NCBI GenBank assembly: GCA_963776275.1
Contig: CAVZMI010000015.1
Location: 1-64,000 of the forward strand
DNA from: Ignavibacteriota bacterium
GTDB taxonomy: Bacteria; Bacteroidota; Ignavibacteria; UBA10030; CAVZMI01
Direction: 5' to 3'
DNA: 64,000 bases
Position numbers and translations under genes: made by a program. How positions within the stretch are numbered: position 1 is the stretch's first letter; the number at the start of each line of letters is the position of its first letter. Shown here in pieces: positions 32,583 to 42,768 of the stretch. The notes beneath the pieces are model-generated. The model worked only from the letters and a program-made list of their open reading frames with translations. It did no database searches and was not told the DNA's origin.

Positions 32583-32585
32583 GTC

Positions 32586-33530
32586 ATGGATACCGCTGAA
32601 GTTTCCCGGGCGTTTCATATTCCGGTTCTTGTTCATGAAGTCGTCGATGCTCTTGTGACAGATCCCGACGGAGTGTATGTTGATGCGACGCTTGGTGGTG
32701 GAGGGCACACAGAGGCAATTCTGAAAAAGTTGTCTTCGCAGGGATCTATCATTGCACTTGATGTCGATGAAGAGGCACTCGTACATGCGCACAATCGTTT
32801 TATAACCGAACACTATAGAATTAAATTATTCCGAGAAAATTTTTGTAATCTTAATCAGACTTTAAAGGATCTGAAAATATTACAGGTCAGTGGGATCATC
32901 GTTGATCTTGGAATCTCGTCGCACCAGATCGATGAACCGCGGCGGGGATTCAGTTTTCAAGGCGACGATCGTCTCGATATGCGGATGGATATGCGAACGC
33001 AGAATAATGCCTGGAACGTCATCAACTACTACGATGAAAAGCAACTGGCCGACATATTTCAGCACTACGGTGAAGAACGGCGTTCTCATCAGGTTGCGCG
33101 GACGATTGTACGCAAGAGGATGAAAAATCCGATCGATACTACCGCACAGCTTGCAGCAATTGTATCGGGGATTGTCGGAGAACGGTTTGCAAAAAAAACA
33201 CTGGCACGAATATTCCAGGCAATTCGGATTGAAGTCAACCGAGAACTGCAAAATCTGGAAGTTTTTCTTCGGCAGGTACCGGAAATACTTGCACCAACCG
33301 GCAGAATTGGAGTGATCTCCTATCATTCACTTGAAGATCGAATAGTTAAGAAATTTTTTCGGGAAGAAGCAATGACAATCATTCCCTCGGGACATAAACT
33401 GGTACCAGATAAACCGATAACGCCGCGACTGAAAATTATTACAAAGAATCCCATCACCCCCGGAGACAACGAATGTCGGAGAAATCCACGCGCACGGAGT
33501 GCAAAGTTTCGTGTGGCCGAGCGGATATAA
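32586..33530 (+). CDS. rsmH: 16S rRNA m4C1402 methyltransferase RsmH (MraW)
   Basis: HIPVL, DATLGGGGH, DLGISS.Q, LDMRM, FQAIRIEVN, SYHSLEDR and NPRARSAK motifs. Confidence 0.97.
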   Translation: MDTAEVSRAFHIPVLVHEVVDALVTDPDGVYVDATLGGGGHTEAILKKLSSQGSIIALDVDEEALVHAHNRFITEHYRIKLFRENFCNLNQTLKDLKILQVSGIIVDLGISSHQIDEPRRGFSFQGDDRLDMRMDMRTQNNAWNVINYYDEKQLADIFQHYGEERRSHQVARTIVRKRMKNPIDTTAQLAAIVSGIVGERFAKKTLARIFQAIRIEVNRELQNLEVFLRQVPEILAPTGRIGVISYHSLEDRIVKKFFREEAMTIIPSGHKLVPDKPITPRLKIITKNPITPGDNECRRNPRARSAKFRVAERI

Positions 33531-33531
33531 T

Positions 33532-34023
33532 ATGAACGATAAAAGCGGGAAAATACTTGCTGTAAGGACGCTCTCGGAAGAACTCCACGATGAACAACGG
33601 GGGCGTATCTATAACGGTGATATAGGCGGCACATCAGGGAACGATGTTCCTGCTTCCATCGGGACGCAGTCATCAGTTCGAGGCCGGAAACGGCGGGTAA
33701 AAAAACGTCTTTCAATCTTTAATGTACTCTTAACACTTGCCGTCGGAAGTACAATTGTTCTTTTATATATATACAACACGATTCGTGTCGGCGAACTTCT
33801 GCATGAAATAGGAGATCTCGATAGTGCGGCACAAAAGCTCTCAAGCATCAATGAAGTATTGAGAGCTGAGATCAACCGGAAATCGGCGCTTGAGCGAATC
33901 GGCACTATAGCACAGACCGAGCTTCACCTGCACAATCCAACGCAACAGCCGATTTGGTTTTCGCTTGATTCCGAAGCGGTGCAGCATTCGGCTTTTATCC
34001 GTGAACGTGAAGGGGCACGGTAA
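33532..34023 (+). CDS. ftsL: FtsL-like cell division protein
   Basis: Basic N-terminus, single TM, coiled coil with LERI..IA...L.L motif; lies between rsmH and ftsI. Confidence 0.7.
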   Translation: MNDKSGKILAVRTLSEELHDEQRGRIYNGDIGGTSGNDVPASIGTQSSVRGRKRRVKKRLSIFNVLLTLAVGSTIVLLYIYNTIRVGELLHEIGDLDSAAQKLSSINEVLRAEINRKSALERIGTIAQTELHLHNPTQQPIWFSLDSEAVQHSAFIREREGAR

Positions 34024-36185
34024 TGATCGACGAATCTCAGATACTTTCACCGGCGATACAATCTGAAAAACCGAAGTACTGGGGGCGTGTTCTACTGCTC
34101 AAGATAATACTGCTGGTATTCCTGGTGATCGTGCTTGCACGACTGGTGAAAATCCAGGTGCTTGATTCCTCAAAATATCAAGAGATTGCAAAACGGCAAT
34201 ATGAGGTAAAAGTATCAATTCCGGCAACTCGCGGCGGTATCTATGACCGAAACGGTAATGTTCTCGTTTCAAATACGCGCATGGTTTCTTATGCTGCGGA
34301 TCCTAAAATCATTGGCGATGACATCAACCATGTGGCAGAAGTTTTTGCCGGAGTTTTCCAAAAACCGGCGAGCGTATATATTAACAAACTACAAACACCA
34401 AAACGTTTTGTTTGGTTGGAGCGCCGTGTGCCGCCCAATCAGGCTCGACGAATTGCCATAGATGAAATCGAGGGAGTCGTCGAACTTGATGAACCTCAGC
34501 GGTTATGCCATTATGACGATCTAGCCGGCCAGGTCTTGGGGGTTACTAATATCGATAACGTTGGTCTCAGTGGTATCGAGCTGCAATTCGATAAGGTATT
34601 GAGCGGGACTGATGGATTTGTGATCATGCAGCGCGATGGTCTTGGCCGGAAAAGGCCTTCGGTAGATTATCCGCGGATTGATCCCATAGATGGGAACAAT
34701 GTGACACTGACAATCGATTTTACATTTCAATCGGTTGTCCAGGAAGAACTCAAACATGGAGTCGAAGCGAATAATGCATGCGGCGGAATCGCAGTAATGC
34801 TTCAACCGAAAACCGGCGAGGTGCTTGCGATGGCGACGTATCCGGCAGTAAACCCTAATGATATTTTAGAGGAGGATACGAACAAGATCCGTAACCGTCC
34901 GCTCACCGATATGTTCGAGCCAGGGAGCACGTTCAAGATCGTTGTCGCTTCAGCAGCGCTTGAGGAAAAGCTTCACCGGCCTACTGATAAGATTTATGCA
35001 GAAGGCGGTGTCTATAAGGCACAAGGGCGGACGATACGCGACACACATGGGTTCAGAATATTAACATTCCAGGAAGCAATGGAGTACTCCAGCAATATCG
35101 TGATGGCAAAAATCTCGAATGATGTTGGGTGTGAAAAATTATTCCGGTATGCACGGGACTTCGGATTTGGAATACCCACCGGGATTGAGCTCCCTGGAGA
35201 AATCGGCGGGCAGTTAAAAAAGCCGGCGCTGTGGTCCAGAACGACACTGAACACAATGGCATATGGGTACGAAGTAGGAGTGACACCGATTCAGATTGCA
35301 TCGGCATATGCAGCGGTTGCTAATGGCGGAGAATTGATGAAACCTTTCATTATCCGGAAGGCAACTGATAGAAATGGTAACGTCCTGTTCGAACGTACTC
35401 CGGAAAAAATCAGGAAAGTAATATCACGAGAGACCGCGCAGACACTGACTTCCTTTTTTGAAGGAGTCGTCGAGCGTGGCACCGGAAAAGATGTGAAGAT
35501 AAACGGTGTGAGAATAGCAGGGAAAACAGGAACGGCTTCGAAACTCGGACCAGGGGGATATTCAAAGGATGATTATGTTGCATCATTCGTCGGTTTTTTC
35601 CCCGTTGAAGATCCGCAGGTTGTGTTGTTGGTCATGATTGATGGACCGCGTTCAGGACAATATTATGGTGGAATGGTCAGCGGACCGGTATTTCGTGCAA
35701 TTGCGGAACGGATTATCAACCTTTCCGATCCACAACCGCATCCGGAAATTTATAAGCACTATACTCGGCAGCAATCGAATGGGGAGCGGGTTACGGTGCC
35801 CGACGTACGATACCTGGGAATTGATCTGGCGAGTTCTATGTGTCGCAATGCCGGTCTGGCAGTTCAGTACACAGGAAGTGGAAATATCGTAGTGAGCCAA
35901 AGTCCGGCCGCGGATGTAGAAGCAGCTCGAAATGACAAGGTTCAATTGGTACTTGCTGAGTCACAGAGAGTGACAAGTAAAAAAATTATACACACACCGG
36001 ATCTGAGGGGTCTGAGCATTCGTCGTGCGGTGAATGCGTTGAAACTTGAAGGTCTCGATGCGGTTGTGAACGGGAACGGTATTGTCATCCGCCAGGCACC
36101 AACCCCGGGAGAAATAATCCGTCAAGGAAATCATGTTCAGTTCTGGTGTGAACCGCGAGGTTTTTCAACCGTCGTTGTTAATTAG
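34023..36185 (+). CDS. ftsI: Class B penicillin-binding protein with two PASTA domains (FtsI)
   Basis: RG.IYDRNG, EPGSTFK, SSN and KTGT motifs; C-terminal VPDV/TPDL PASTA repeats. Confidence 0.92.
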   Translation: MIDESQILSPAIQSEKPKYWGRVLLLKIILLVFLVIVLARLVKIQVLDSSKYQEIAKRQYEVKVSIPATRGGIYDRNGNVLVSNTRMVSYAADPKIIGDDINHVAEVFAGVFQKPASVYINKLQTPKRFVWLERRVPPNQARRIAIDEIEGVVELDEPQRLCHYDDLAGQVLGVTNIDNVGLSGIELQFDKVLSGTDGFVIMQRDGLGRKRPSVDYPRIDPIDGNNVTLTIDFTFQSVVQEELKHGVEANNACGGIAVMLQPKTGEVLAMATYPAVNPNDILEEDTNKIRNRPLTDMFEPGSTFKIVVASAALEEKLHRPTDKIYAEGGVYKAQGRTIRDTHGFRILTFQEAMEYSSNIVMAKISNDVGCEKLFRYARDFGFGIPTGIELPGEIGGQLKKPALWSRTTLNTMAYGYEVGVTPIQIASAYAAVANGGELMKPFIIRKATDRNGNVLFERTPEKIRKVISRETAQTLTSFFEGVVERGTGKDVKINGVRIAGKTGTASKLGPGGYSKDDYVASFVGFFPVEDPQVVLLVMIDGPRSGQYYGGMVSGPVFRAIAERIINLSDPQPHPEIYKHYTRQQSNGERVTVPDVRYLGIDLASSMCRNAGLAVQYTGSGNIVVSQSPAADVEAARNDKVQLVLAESQRVTSKKIIHTPDLRGLSIRRAVNALKLEGLDAVVNGNGIVIRQAPTPGEIIRQGNHVQFWCEPRGFSTVVVN

Positions 36186-36197
36186 AGTAATCGTACT

Positions 36198-37718
36198 ATG
36201 CTTCTAAGTGAATTGCTGAAAGATGTTCCGGTGTCCAAGATGTTTCAAACCGTCTTCGGTCAAATGGTACAGACACACGAAGTACATATCAGTAAAATCG
36301 AATATGATTCCCGGAAAATCGAGCGGGGAGATCTGTTTGTGGCAATCCGAGGAACATCAATCGATGGACATCAACACATCAAACAGGCGATCAGCAAAGG
36401 GGCAAAGGCAATTGTACTCGAGGATGACGAAGTATTGGCGGATGCATACTTCATGCATGAAGGTGTTGTAAAAATTGTAGTTGGAAATACACGGCGTGCC
36501 CTGGCGGTCATGGCGCGAAATTATTTTGGTAATCCGGCTTCAAAACTAAAACTTATCGGAGTGACCGGCACAAATGGAAAGACAACAACATCGCACCTTA
36601 TAAAAGCAATCCTTGAAGCAAACGGTGAGAAAGTCGGTTTAATTGGTACCATCGCTTACATAATCGGTAAGAAAGAGATACCGGCGACTCATACAACACC
36701 CGAATCGCTTGAACTCGATCAATATCTTGCCGGCATGGTTCAACAGGGATGCACTTCTGCCGTCATGGAAGTCTCATCACACTCACTTGTACAGTATCGT
36801 GTGTATGGAATACAATTTCATGCCGGTGTATTCACCAATCTGACGCAGGATCATCTTGATTTTCATCGAACAATGGAACAATACGCAACGGCAAAGAAAA
36901 GGCTCTTTGATTCACTTGATACGTCGGCAATCGCCGTTGTCAATGCCGATGATCCGGAGGCCGGCTATATGGTATCTTCGACACAGGCGAAAGTAATGAC
37001 CTATGGCATCGGTGAGCCGGTAGACGTCAAAGCTATTGATATTCAGCTCGGTATTGATAGAACGTTGTACACGGTAAAACTCGAACATGGATCAATTACA
37101 GTTATTTCGCCTCTTATTGGCCGATTTAATGTATCAAATACGCTTGCAGCGATTGCTACAGGAATCGGGATTGGAATTAAACCGGATGTCATCAAACGCG
37201 GAATTGAAGCTCAGCACACTATACGCGGGCGATTCGAACGTATCAGATCACCCCAAGGATGGACGGCAGTTATAGATTACGCTCATACGCCCGATGCGCT
37301 TGAGAAATGTTTACTGACTATCCATGACATCCTTCCGGAACATCGGACAAACCGTATCATTACTCTGTTTGGTGCGGGTGGAGACCGTGATCGAACAAAA
37401 CGCCCTATCATGGGGAAAATTGCAGCCGAGCTCAGTGATGTCGTCATTGTGACATCCGATAATCCGCGTACGGAAAATCGCGAGGCAATCATCGATGATA
37501 TTATGTCCGGTATTCCGCCGGGGAAAAAAGTGACTCGTGAAGCCGATCGAAAACAGGCGATTGTCACGGCTCTTTCACAGGCACATCCCGGTGATGTTGT
37601 TCTTCTTGCAGGGAAAGGACACGAAAACTATCAGGTTGTCGGCCGTGAAAAGATTCCTTTCGATGACCGGGAGGAAGTATTACAGTTCTTAAAATCATCA
37701 CAGTCGCAAAAAACATGA
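36198..37718 (+). CDS. murE: UDP-MurNAc-tripeptide synthetase (meso-DAP type)
   Basis: GVTGTNGKTT, MEVSSH, DHLDFH, DYAHTPD, DNPR and AGKGHE motifs. Confidence 0.97.
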   Translation: MLLSELLKDVPVSKMFQTVFGQMVQTHEVHISKIEYDSRKIERGDLFVAIRGTSIDGHQHIKQAISKGAKAIVLEDDEVLADAYFMHEGVVKIVVGNTRRALAVMARNYFGNPASKLKLIGVTGTNGKTTTSHLIKAILEANGEKVGLIGTIAYIIGKKEIPATHTTPESLELDQYLAGMVQQGCTSAVMEVSSHSLVQYRVYGIQFHAGVFTNLTQDHLDFHRTMEQYATAKKRLFDSLDTSAIAVVNADDPEAGYMVSSTQAKVMTYGIGEPVDVKAIDIQLGIDRTLYTVKLEHGSITVISPLIGRFNVSNTLAAIATGIGIGIKPDVIKRGIEAQHTIRGRFERIRSPQGWTAVIDYAHTPDALEKCLLTIHDILPEHRTNRIITLFGAGGDRDRTKRPIMGKIAAELSDVVIVTSDNPRTENREAIIDDIMSGIPPGKKVTREADRKQAIVTALSQAHPGDVVLLAGKGHENYQVVGREKIPFDDREEVLQFLKSSQSQKT

Positions 37719-39100
37719 TTACAATACGCAACGTGATGTCGGTGCCGCACAAGAAAGCGATGCGGTTTGAGAAACTCCGCAAAGTAAAAATTTCAGGGGT
37801 GTCGATTGATACACGGACAGTACAACCACGGAATATTTTTTTTGCAATTCGTGGTGAGCGGTTAGATGGTCATTCGTTTATCGACTCAGCGATCCAACGC
37901 GGTGCATCATGCATCGTGGTTGATGAAAGATGGTATCAGGAGAAAGACCGATCCCAATATTTGATCCCGCTGCTTGTCGTTGAGAATACCATCGGCGCAC
38001 TGGGTCGGATTGCTAATATACATCGGAGAAAATTCCGTATTCCGGTTATTGTGATTGCAGGGAGCAACGGAAAAACAACTACTAAAGACATGATTGCAAC
38101 GGTTCTTTCAACACGGTACTCCGTGCTGAAGACGGAAGGAAATCTCAATAATCAGATCGGTGTTCCAATGACACTGCTCCGCCTGAGTCCAAAACAACAG
38201 ATTGCGATTATTGAGCATGGTACGAATCACCCGGGTGAGCTTGAATCGCTTGTGAAAATTTCAGAACCGACCCATGCTCTGATAACAACAATTGGACGGG
38301 AACACCTGGAATTCTTTACCACACTTGACGGAGTTGCCGCAGAAGAAGGAACAGTATTTCGGTATAGCCGCTTTGGTTTTGTCTATGCCGATGATCCATT
38401 GATTGTTGCCCGGGCTCGAGGATTGAGGAGCACGCTGCGGTATGGTTTTAAGGGGTCGCGTTCCCATGTTCGTGGAAAAATCGTCGGTGTAGATATGAAT
38501 GGATGCGCACGATTACAGGTACGTGCAAAACAATTTTTACAACCGTTGGAAATAAATCTGGGTGTCCCCGGATGCCACAATGCAGTAAACGCTCTTGCTG
38601 CCGCAGCAGTTGGAATACAGTTCGGCATTGGGAAAAAGAATATTACTCATGCCGTTGAAAGTTTTACGGCTAGCTCCAAACGTATGGAAATAATGAAACT
38701 CCAGAACGTAACTATTATGAACGATTCATATAATGCAAATCCAGATTCTGTAGTTGCAGCACTTTCGACGTTTGAGTCGATTTCGATTTCAGGCAAAAAG
38801 ATTGTCGTTCTGGGCGACATGCTCGAGCTCGGTGAAAAAAGCGAACATGAACATGCAAAAATTGGACTTGAAGTAGCCAATCGCGGATTTGAATATCTTT
38901 TCACATTCGGTCCCCGCGCACGATTCATTTTCGAAGCATCAAAGCTGGGATTTGCACAGCATTTCGATGACAAAACAGCATTGATTAAGAACCTTTGCGC
39001 GACAATTTCGCCCGGGGATGCGGTACTCATAAAAGGGTCTCGTGGAATGAAGATGGAAGAAGTCATTGAAGGTGTGACAAACTATTTTAAAAAACAGTAA
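37715..39100 (+). CDS. murF: UDP-MurNAc-pentapeptide synthetase
   Basis: GSNGKTTTK, NLNNQIGVP, NDSYNANP, LGDMLELG and KGSRG motifs. Confidence 0.96.
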   Translation: MITIRNVMSVPHKKAMRFEKLRKVKISGVSIDTRTVQPRNIFFAIRGERLDGHSFIDSAIQRGASCIVVDERWYQEKDRSQYLIPLLVVENTIGALGRIANIHRRKFRIPVIVIAGSNGKTTTKDMIATVLSTRYSVLKTEGNLNNQIGVPMTLLRLSPKQQIAIIEHGTNHPGELESLVKISEPTHALITTIGREHLEFFTTLDGVAAEEGTVFRYSRFGFVYADDPLIVARARGLRSTLRYGFKGSRSHVRGKIVGVDMNGCARLQVRAKQFLQPLEINLGVPGCHNAVNALAAAAVGIQFGIGKKNITHAVESFTASSKRMEIMKLQNVTIMNDSYNANPDSVVAALSTFESISISGKKIVVLGDMLELGEKSEHEHAKIGLEVANRGFEYLFTFGPRARFIFEASKLGFAQHFDDKTALIKNLCATISPGDAVLIKGSRGMKMEEVIEGVTNYFKKQ

Positions 39101-39104
39101 AGCT

Positions 39105-40220
39105 ATGCTGTACTATTTTTTTAATTTTATTGAAAAAGTGTATGCACCACCGGGCTTCAGCCTGTTCAAGTATATCACATTTCGAGCAGCCGCCGCGGCC
39201 CTCACGGCATTGCTCATTGCGTTTGTTGCAGGACCATGGGTTATTAAAAAATTGAAGGAACATCAAATCGGTGAAACTGCAAAAATTGAAGCCCCAAAAA
39301 GTCATCTCAGTAAAGCAGGAACTCCGACAATGGGAGGACTCATTGTGCTCCTCTCCGTTCTTCTGCCGACATTGTTCTGGGGTGATCTTAAAAATATGTA
39401 TATCCTGCTCATCATTGTCGTCACCGCCGGACTCGGTGCCGTCGGTTTTATAGATGATTACCTGAAGGTTGTAAGAAAAAAGCCGAAAGGCTTAATTGGA
39501 AAATATAAAATTGTCGGGCAGATTATTATCGGGATCATCCTTGGATCCGTGCTCTATTTTTCACCGGAATTAAAATTAATCAATGCTAATACGATTACAA
39601 CAGTTCCGTTCTTTAAGAATCTCGAATTCAATTTTTCGGTTTTTTATATCCCGATGGTCATCTTTATTATTGTCGGTACATCGAATGCGGTGAATCTCAC
39701 GGACGGTCTTGATGGGCTTGCGATCGGTATCGTCGGTATCGTCTCGCTAACGCTTGCAGTGTTGGCGTATGTCAGTGGGAACATCGAATTCAGCCGGTAT
39801 CTCAATATTATCTATCTGCGAGGAAACGGTGAACTCACTGTCTACTGTGCGGCTCTTGTCGGGGCGGCGCTGGGATTCTTATGGTACAATGCTTATCCTG
39901 CCCAGGTATTTATGGGCGATACAGGTTCGCTGGCGCTTGGTGGAGCTCTTGGCGCAATTTGCGTGATGATTAAAAAAGAACTGTTACTTCCAATTCTCGG
40001 AGGAATTTTTCTGGCCGAGACACTTTCGGTAATTATTCAAAAAATGTATTTCAAATACACAAAAAGGAAATATGGTGAAGGGCGCCGTATATTCAAGATG
40101 GCCCCCCTGCATCATCATTTCGAGATGCTTGGTTGGAGTGAACCGAAGATTGTTACACGCTTCTATATTATAGCGATTTTATTAATGATTCTAAGTCTGA
40201 CAACATTTAAGGTACGGTGA
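39105..40220 (+). CDS. mraY: Phospho-N-acetylmuramoyl-pentapeptide transferase
   Basis: GTPTMGG, DDY.K, NAVNLTDGLDGL, FMGDTGS and APLHHHFE motifs. Confidence 0.98.
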   Translation: MLYYFFNFIEKVYAPPGFSLFKYITFRAAAAALTALLIAFVAGPWVIKKLKEHQIGETAKIEAPKSHLSKAGTPTMGGLIVLLSVLLPTLFWGDLKNMYILLIIVVTAGLGAVGFIDDYLKVVRKKPKGLIGKYKIVGQIIIGIILGSVLYFSPELKLINANTITTVPFFKNLEFNFSVFYIPMVIFIIVGTSNAVNLTDGLDGLAIGIVGIVSLTLAVLAYVSGNIEFSRYLNIIYLRGNGELTVYCAALVGAALGFLWYNAYPAQVFMGDTGSLALGGALGAICVMIKKELLLPILGGIFLAETLSVIIQKMYFKYTKRKYGEGRRIFKMAPLHHHFEMLGWSEPKIVTRFYIIAILLMILSLTTFKVR

Positions 40221-40227
40221 AGAACGG

Positions 40228-41601
40228 ATGAAGCACGAAGAAATTCGGGGAACAACCTTTTCTGTTGTCGGAGCCGCGGAAAGCGGGGTGAGTGTCGCGA
40301 GGCTCCTCGCATCGCGCGGCGCCAGGGTCTTTGTCAGCGATATCGGCACAGCGGAAAAGTTGCGTAAGGAAATTGATACGCTGGAACAGTGGAAAATTCC
40401 GTATGAGCTTGGACAGAACAGTGAAAAGATACTCGAAGCGCAGGTTGTTGTCGTAAGTCCGGGTGTGCCGCTTACGGCATCAATCGTACGGCAAGCACGC
40501 GAAAAAGGACTGCGTGTAGTCGGTGAAATCGAAGTGGCAAGCTGGATGTGCCCCGAAGGAGTCGGGATTGTAGCAATTACGGGAAGCAATGGGAAAACGA
40601 CAACAACAATATTGATGGGGAGGATATTCGCTGATGCAAAGAAAAAATCTGTTGTTGCGGGTAACATTGGCACGGCGTTCTCATCGGTCGTTCTGGATAT
40701 TGATGTTGAGACGACTGCTATTGTGGAGGTAAGCAGTTTCCAGCTCGATACTATCGAGTCGTTTCGGCCAAAGATTTCGGTGCTATTAAACATTACTCCC
40801 GATCATCTGAATAGGTACGACTATAAATTTGAAAATTATATCGCATCAAAATGCCGGATCTTTGAAAATCAAACTATCGATGATTATCTCGTGTACAACT
40901 ATGATGATCGGGTAACACGGGATGCCGTGGAGCACAATGCACGGTCAAAAGTGCATCTGCTCCCCTTCAGCCTGACAGAAAAATTTGACGAGGGCGCATT
41001 CATTGATGGTAAACGATTACTGGTTCGTCTGGCAGGCAGGGAATATAATGTAATAGGAATCGAAGAGATATCAATTAAAGGAGAACACAACCGGTACAAT
41101 TCTATGGCATCATCACTTGTATCTATAGCCAAAGGGGTAGGTACCGCCTCACTCCGGGCGACTCTGAGGAATTTTAAAGGTGTCGAACACAGACTTGAAT
41201 TTGTGCGCGAGGTGGAAGGAGTGAAATACGTCAACGATTCAAAAGCGACAAATGTCGATGCAGTCTGGTATGCATTGCGAAGTTTTACGGAACCGCTTGT
41301 TGTGCTTATCGGGGGACGAGATAAAGGTAACGATTATACCCGGCTGCTCGAACCGGTGAAAAATCACGTTCGTGCCATAGTAGCAATCGGTGAAAGTGCC
41401 GACAATGTGGTAACAAATTTTGTGTCGGTGGTCCCCGTTGAACGGGCCGGCACGATGGAAGAAGCCGTTGAAGTTGCACGACGGTTGGCACGACCCGGAG
41501 ACGTGGTGTTACTCTCGCCGGCCTGCGCTTCATTCGACTGGTTTAATAATTATGAACATCGGGGAAAAGTATTTAAGGATATAGTGAACGGTTTTCAATG
41601 A
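40228..41601 (+). CDS. murD: UDP-MurNAc-L-Ala:D-Glu ligase
   Basis: ITGSNGKTTT, EVSSFQL, HRLE, NDSKATN and LSPACASFD motifs. Confidence 0.97.
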   Translation: MKHEEIRGTTFSVVGAAESGVSVARLLASRGARVFVSDIGTAEKLRKEIDTLEQWKIPYELGQNSEKILEAQVVVVSPGVPLTASIVRQAREKGLRVVGEIEVASWMCPEGVGIVAITGSNGKTTTTILMGRIFADAKKKSVVAGNIGTAFSSVVLDIDVETTAIVEVSSFQLDTIESFRPKISVLLNITPDHLNRYDYKFENYIASKCRIFENQTIDDYLVYNYDDRVTRDAVEHNARSKVHLLPFSLTEKFDEGAFIDGKRLLVRLAGREYNVIGIEEISIKGEHNRYNSMASSLVSIAKGVGTASLRATLRNFKGVEHRLEFVREVEGVKYVNDSKATNVDAVWYALRSFTEPLVVLIGGRDKGNDYTRLLEPVKNHVRAIVAIGESADNVVTNFVSVVPVERAGTMEEAVEVARRLARPGDVVLLSPACASFDWFNNYEHRGKVFKDIVNGFQ

Positions 41602-42764
41602 TGCAAACGCAACGTAGTCATATCGATATTCTTCTCATCATCGCCGTTTTATTTTTACTGGCGGCGAGTCTGGGAATCGTCTACAGCGCAAGCTCCTCGG
41701 TTGCATATGAAAAGTGGAGGTCGAGCAGTCATCTCCTTACACTGCATCTGATTAAAGTCATTCTCGGCATAGGAGCGATGATTGTTGCATCGCGAATTCC
41801 CTATGCCGTCTATATAAAAGTAACCAAGCCTGTTTTATTTCTTGCCGTGTTGTTTCTTCTTGCTACACTGGCTCTTGGCGGCGAAGTGAAGGGGGCAAGC
41901 CGGTTCCTCCGTTTCGGTGGACTGGGATTTCAGCCATCAGAATTTGCACGGTTCGCATTGATCTTTCATCTCTGTACACTACTGACGCTGAAGGGTGATC
42001 GTCTTCACGATTTCAAAACCGGCGTGCTGCCGATGCTCCTATGGATCGCCGCTGTTACAACATTGGTATTTCTACAACCAAATTTCAGCACAGGTGCAAT
42101 GATACTTGTTCTCGGCATGATATTATTATTCGTAGGCGGGGCGAGGTTAAGTCATCTGGCCCTGACAGTTGCTTCACTGCTGCCGATTATTGGTATCTAT
42201 CTTGTCAGTGCGCCGTACCGTGTGCAGAGACTGATTGCCTTTTTTTCTCCATCAGCAACACCTCAGGGAAAAAGTTATCAGGTAATGCAGGCAGTTGTCG
42301 GTTTCGGAAATGGAGGTATTTTCGGTGTCGGTCCGGGTGGAAGCACTCAGCGCGACTTTTTTCTCCCAGAGTCGTATGGTGATTTTATTTTCTCGATTGT
42401 AGGCGAAGAATACGGATTACTCGGTACGGTACTGGTGCTCATCGTCTTTGCATTTATCATCTTACGGGGATTCAAGATTGCCAGGAAAGCACAGGATGAT
42501 TTCGGACGTTATCTCGGCATCGGTATTACATCGGCAATCGGTCTCTACGCGATGGTCAATGCAGGTGTGACGACACATCTGCTCCCGACGACGGGATTAC
42601 CGATGCCCTTCATCAGCTATGGAGGTTCATCATTACTCTTTACCGCATTTGCGGTTGGAGTATTGCTAAATATTTCGACTTATACGGATTTGCGTCCACG
42701 CGAACCCGCCGCGCAGCCTATAATGGCAGCCGAGCCGGCTTCACCCGTGGGGAAAGTCTATTAA
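41598..42764 (+). CDS. ftsW: SEDS peptidoglycan polymerase FtsW
   Basis: FQPSEF, QPNFST, DFIFSIVGEE and P.TG.P.PFISYGGSS motifs. Confidence 0.95.
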   Translation: MMQTQRSHIDILLIIAVLFLLAASLGIVYSASSSVAYEKWRSSSHLLTLHLIKVILGIGAMIVASRIPYAVYIKVTKPVLFLAVLFLLATLALGGEVKGASRFLRFGGLGFQPSEFARFALIFHLCTLLTLKGDRLHDFKTGVLPMLLWIAAVTTLVFLQPNFSTGAMILVLGMILLFVGGARLSHLALTVASLLPIIGIYLVSAPYRVQRLIAFFSPSATPQGKSYQVMQAVVGFGNGGIFGVGPGGSTQRDFFLPESYGDFIFSIVGEEYGLLGTVLVLIVFAFIILRGFKIARKAQDDFGRYLGIGITSAIGLYAMVNAGVTTHLLPTTGLPMPFISYGGSSLLFTAFAVGVLLNISTYTDLRPREPAAQPIMAAEPASPVGKVY

Positions 42765-42768
42765 TGTC

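Noticed and set aside
32540-32585. tRNA or tRNA-Sec gene suggested by GGTTCGACTCC
   Set aside because: No acceptor stem, D-arm or anticodon arm could be built; kept only as part of the structured spacer.
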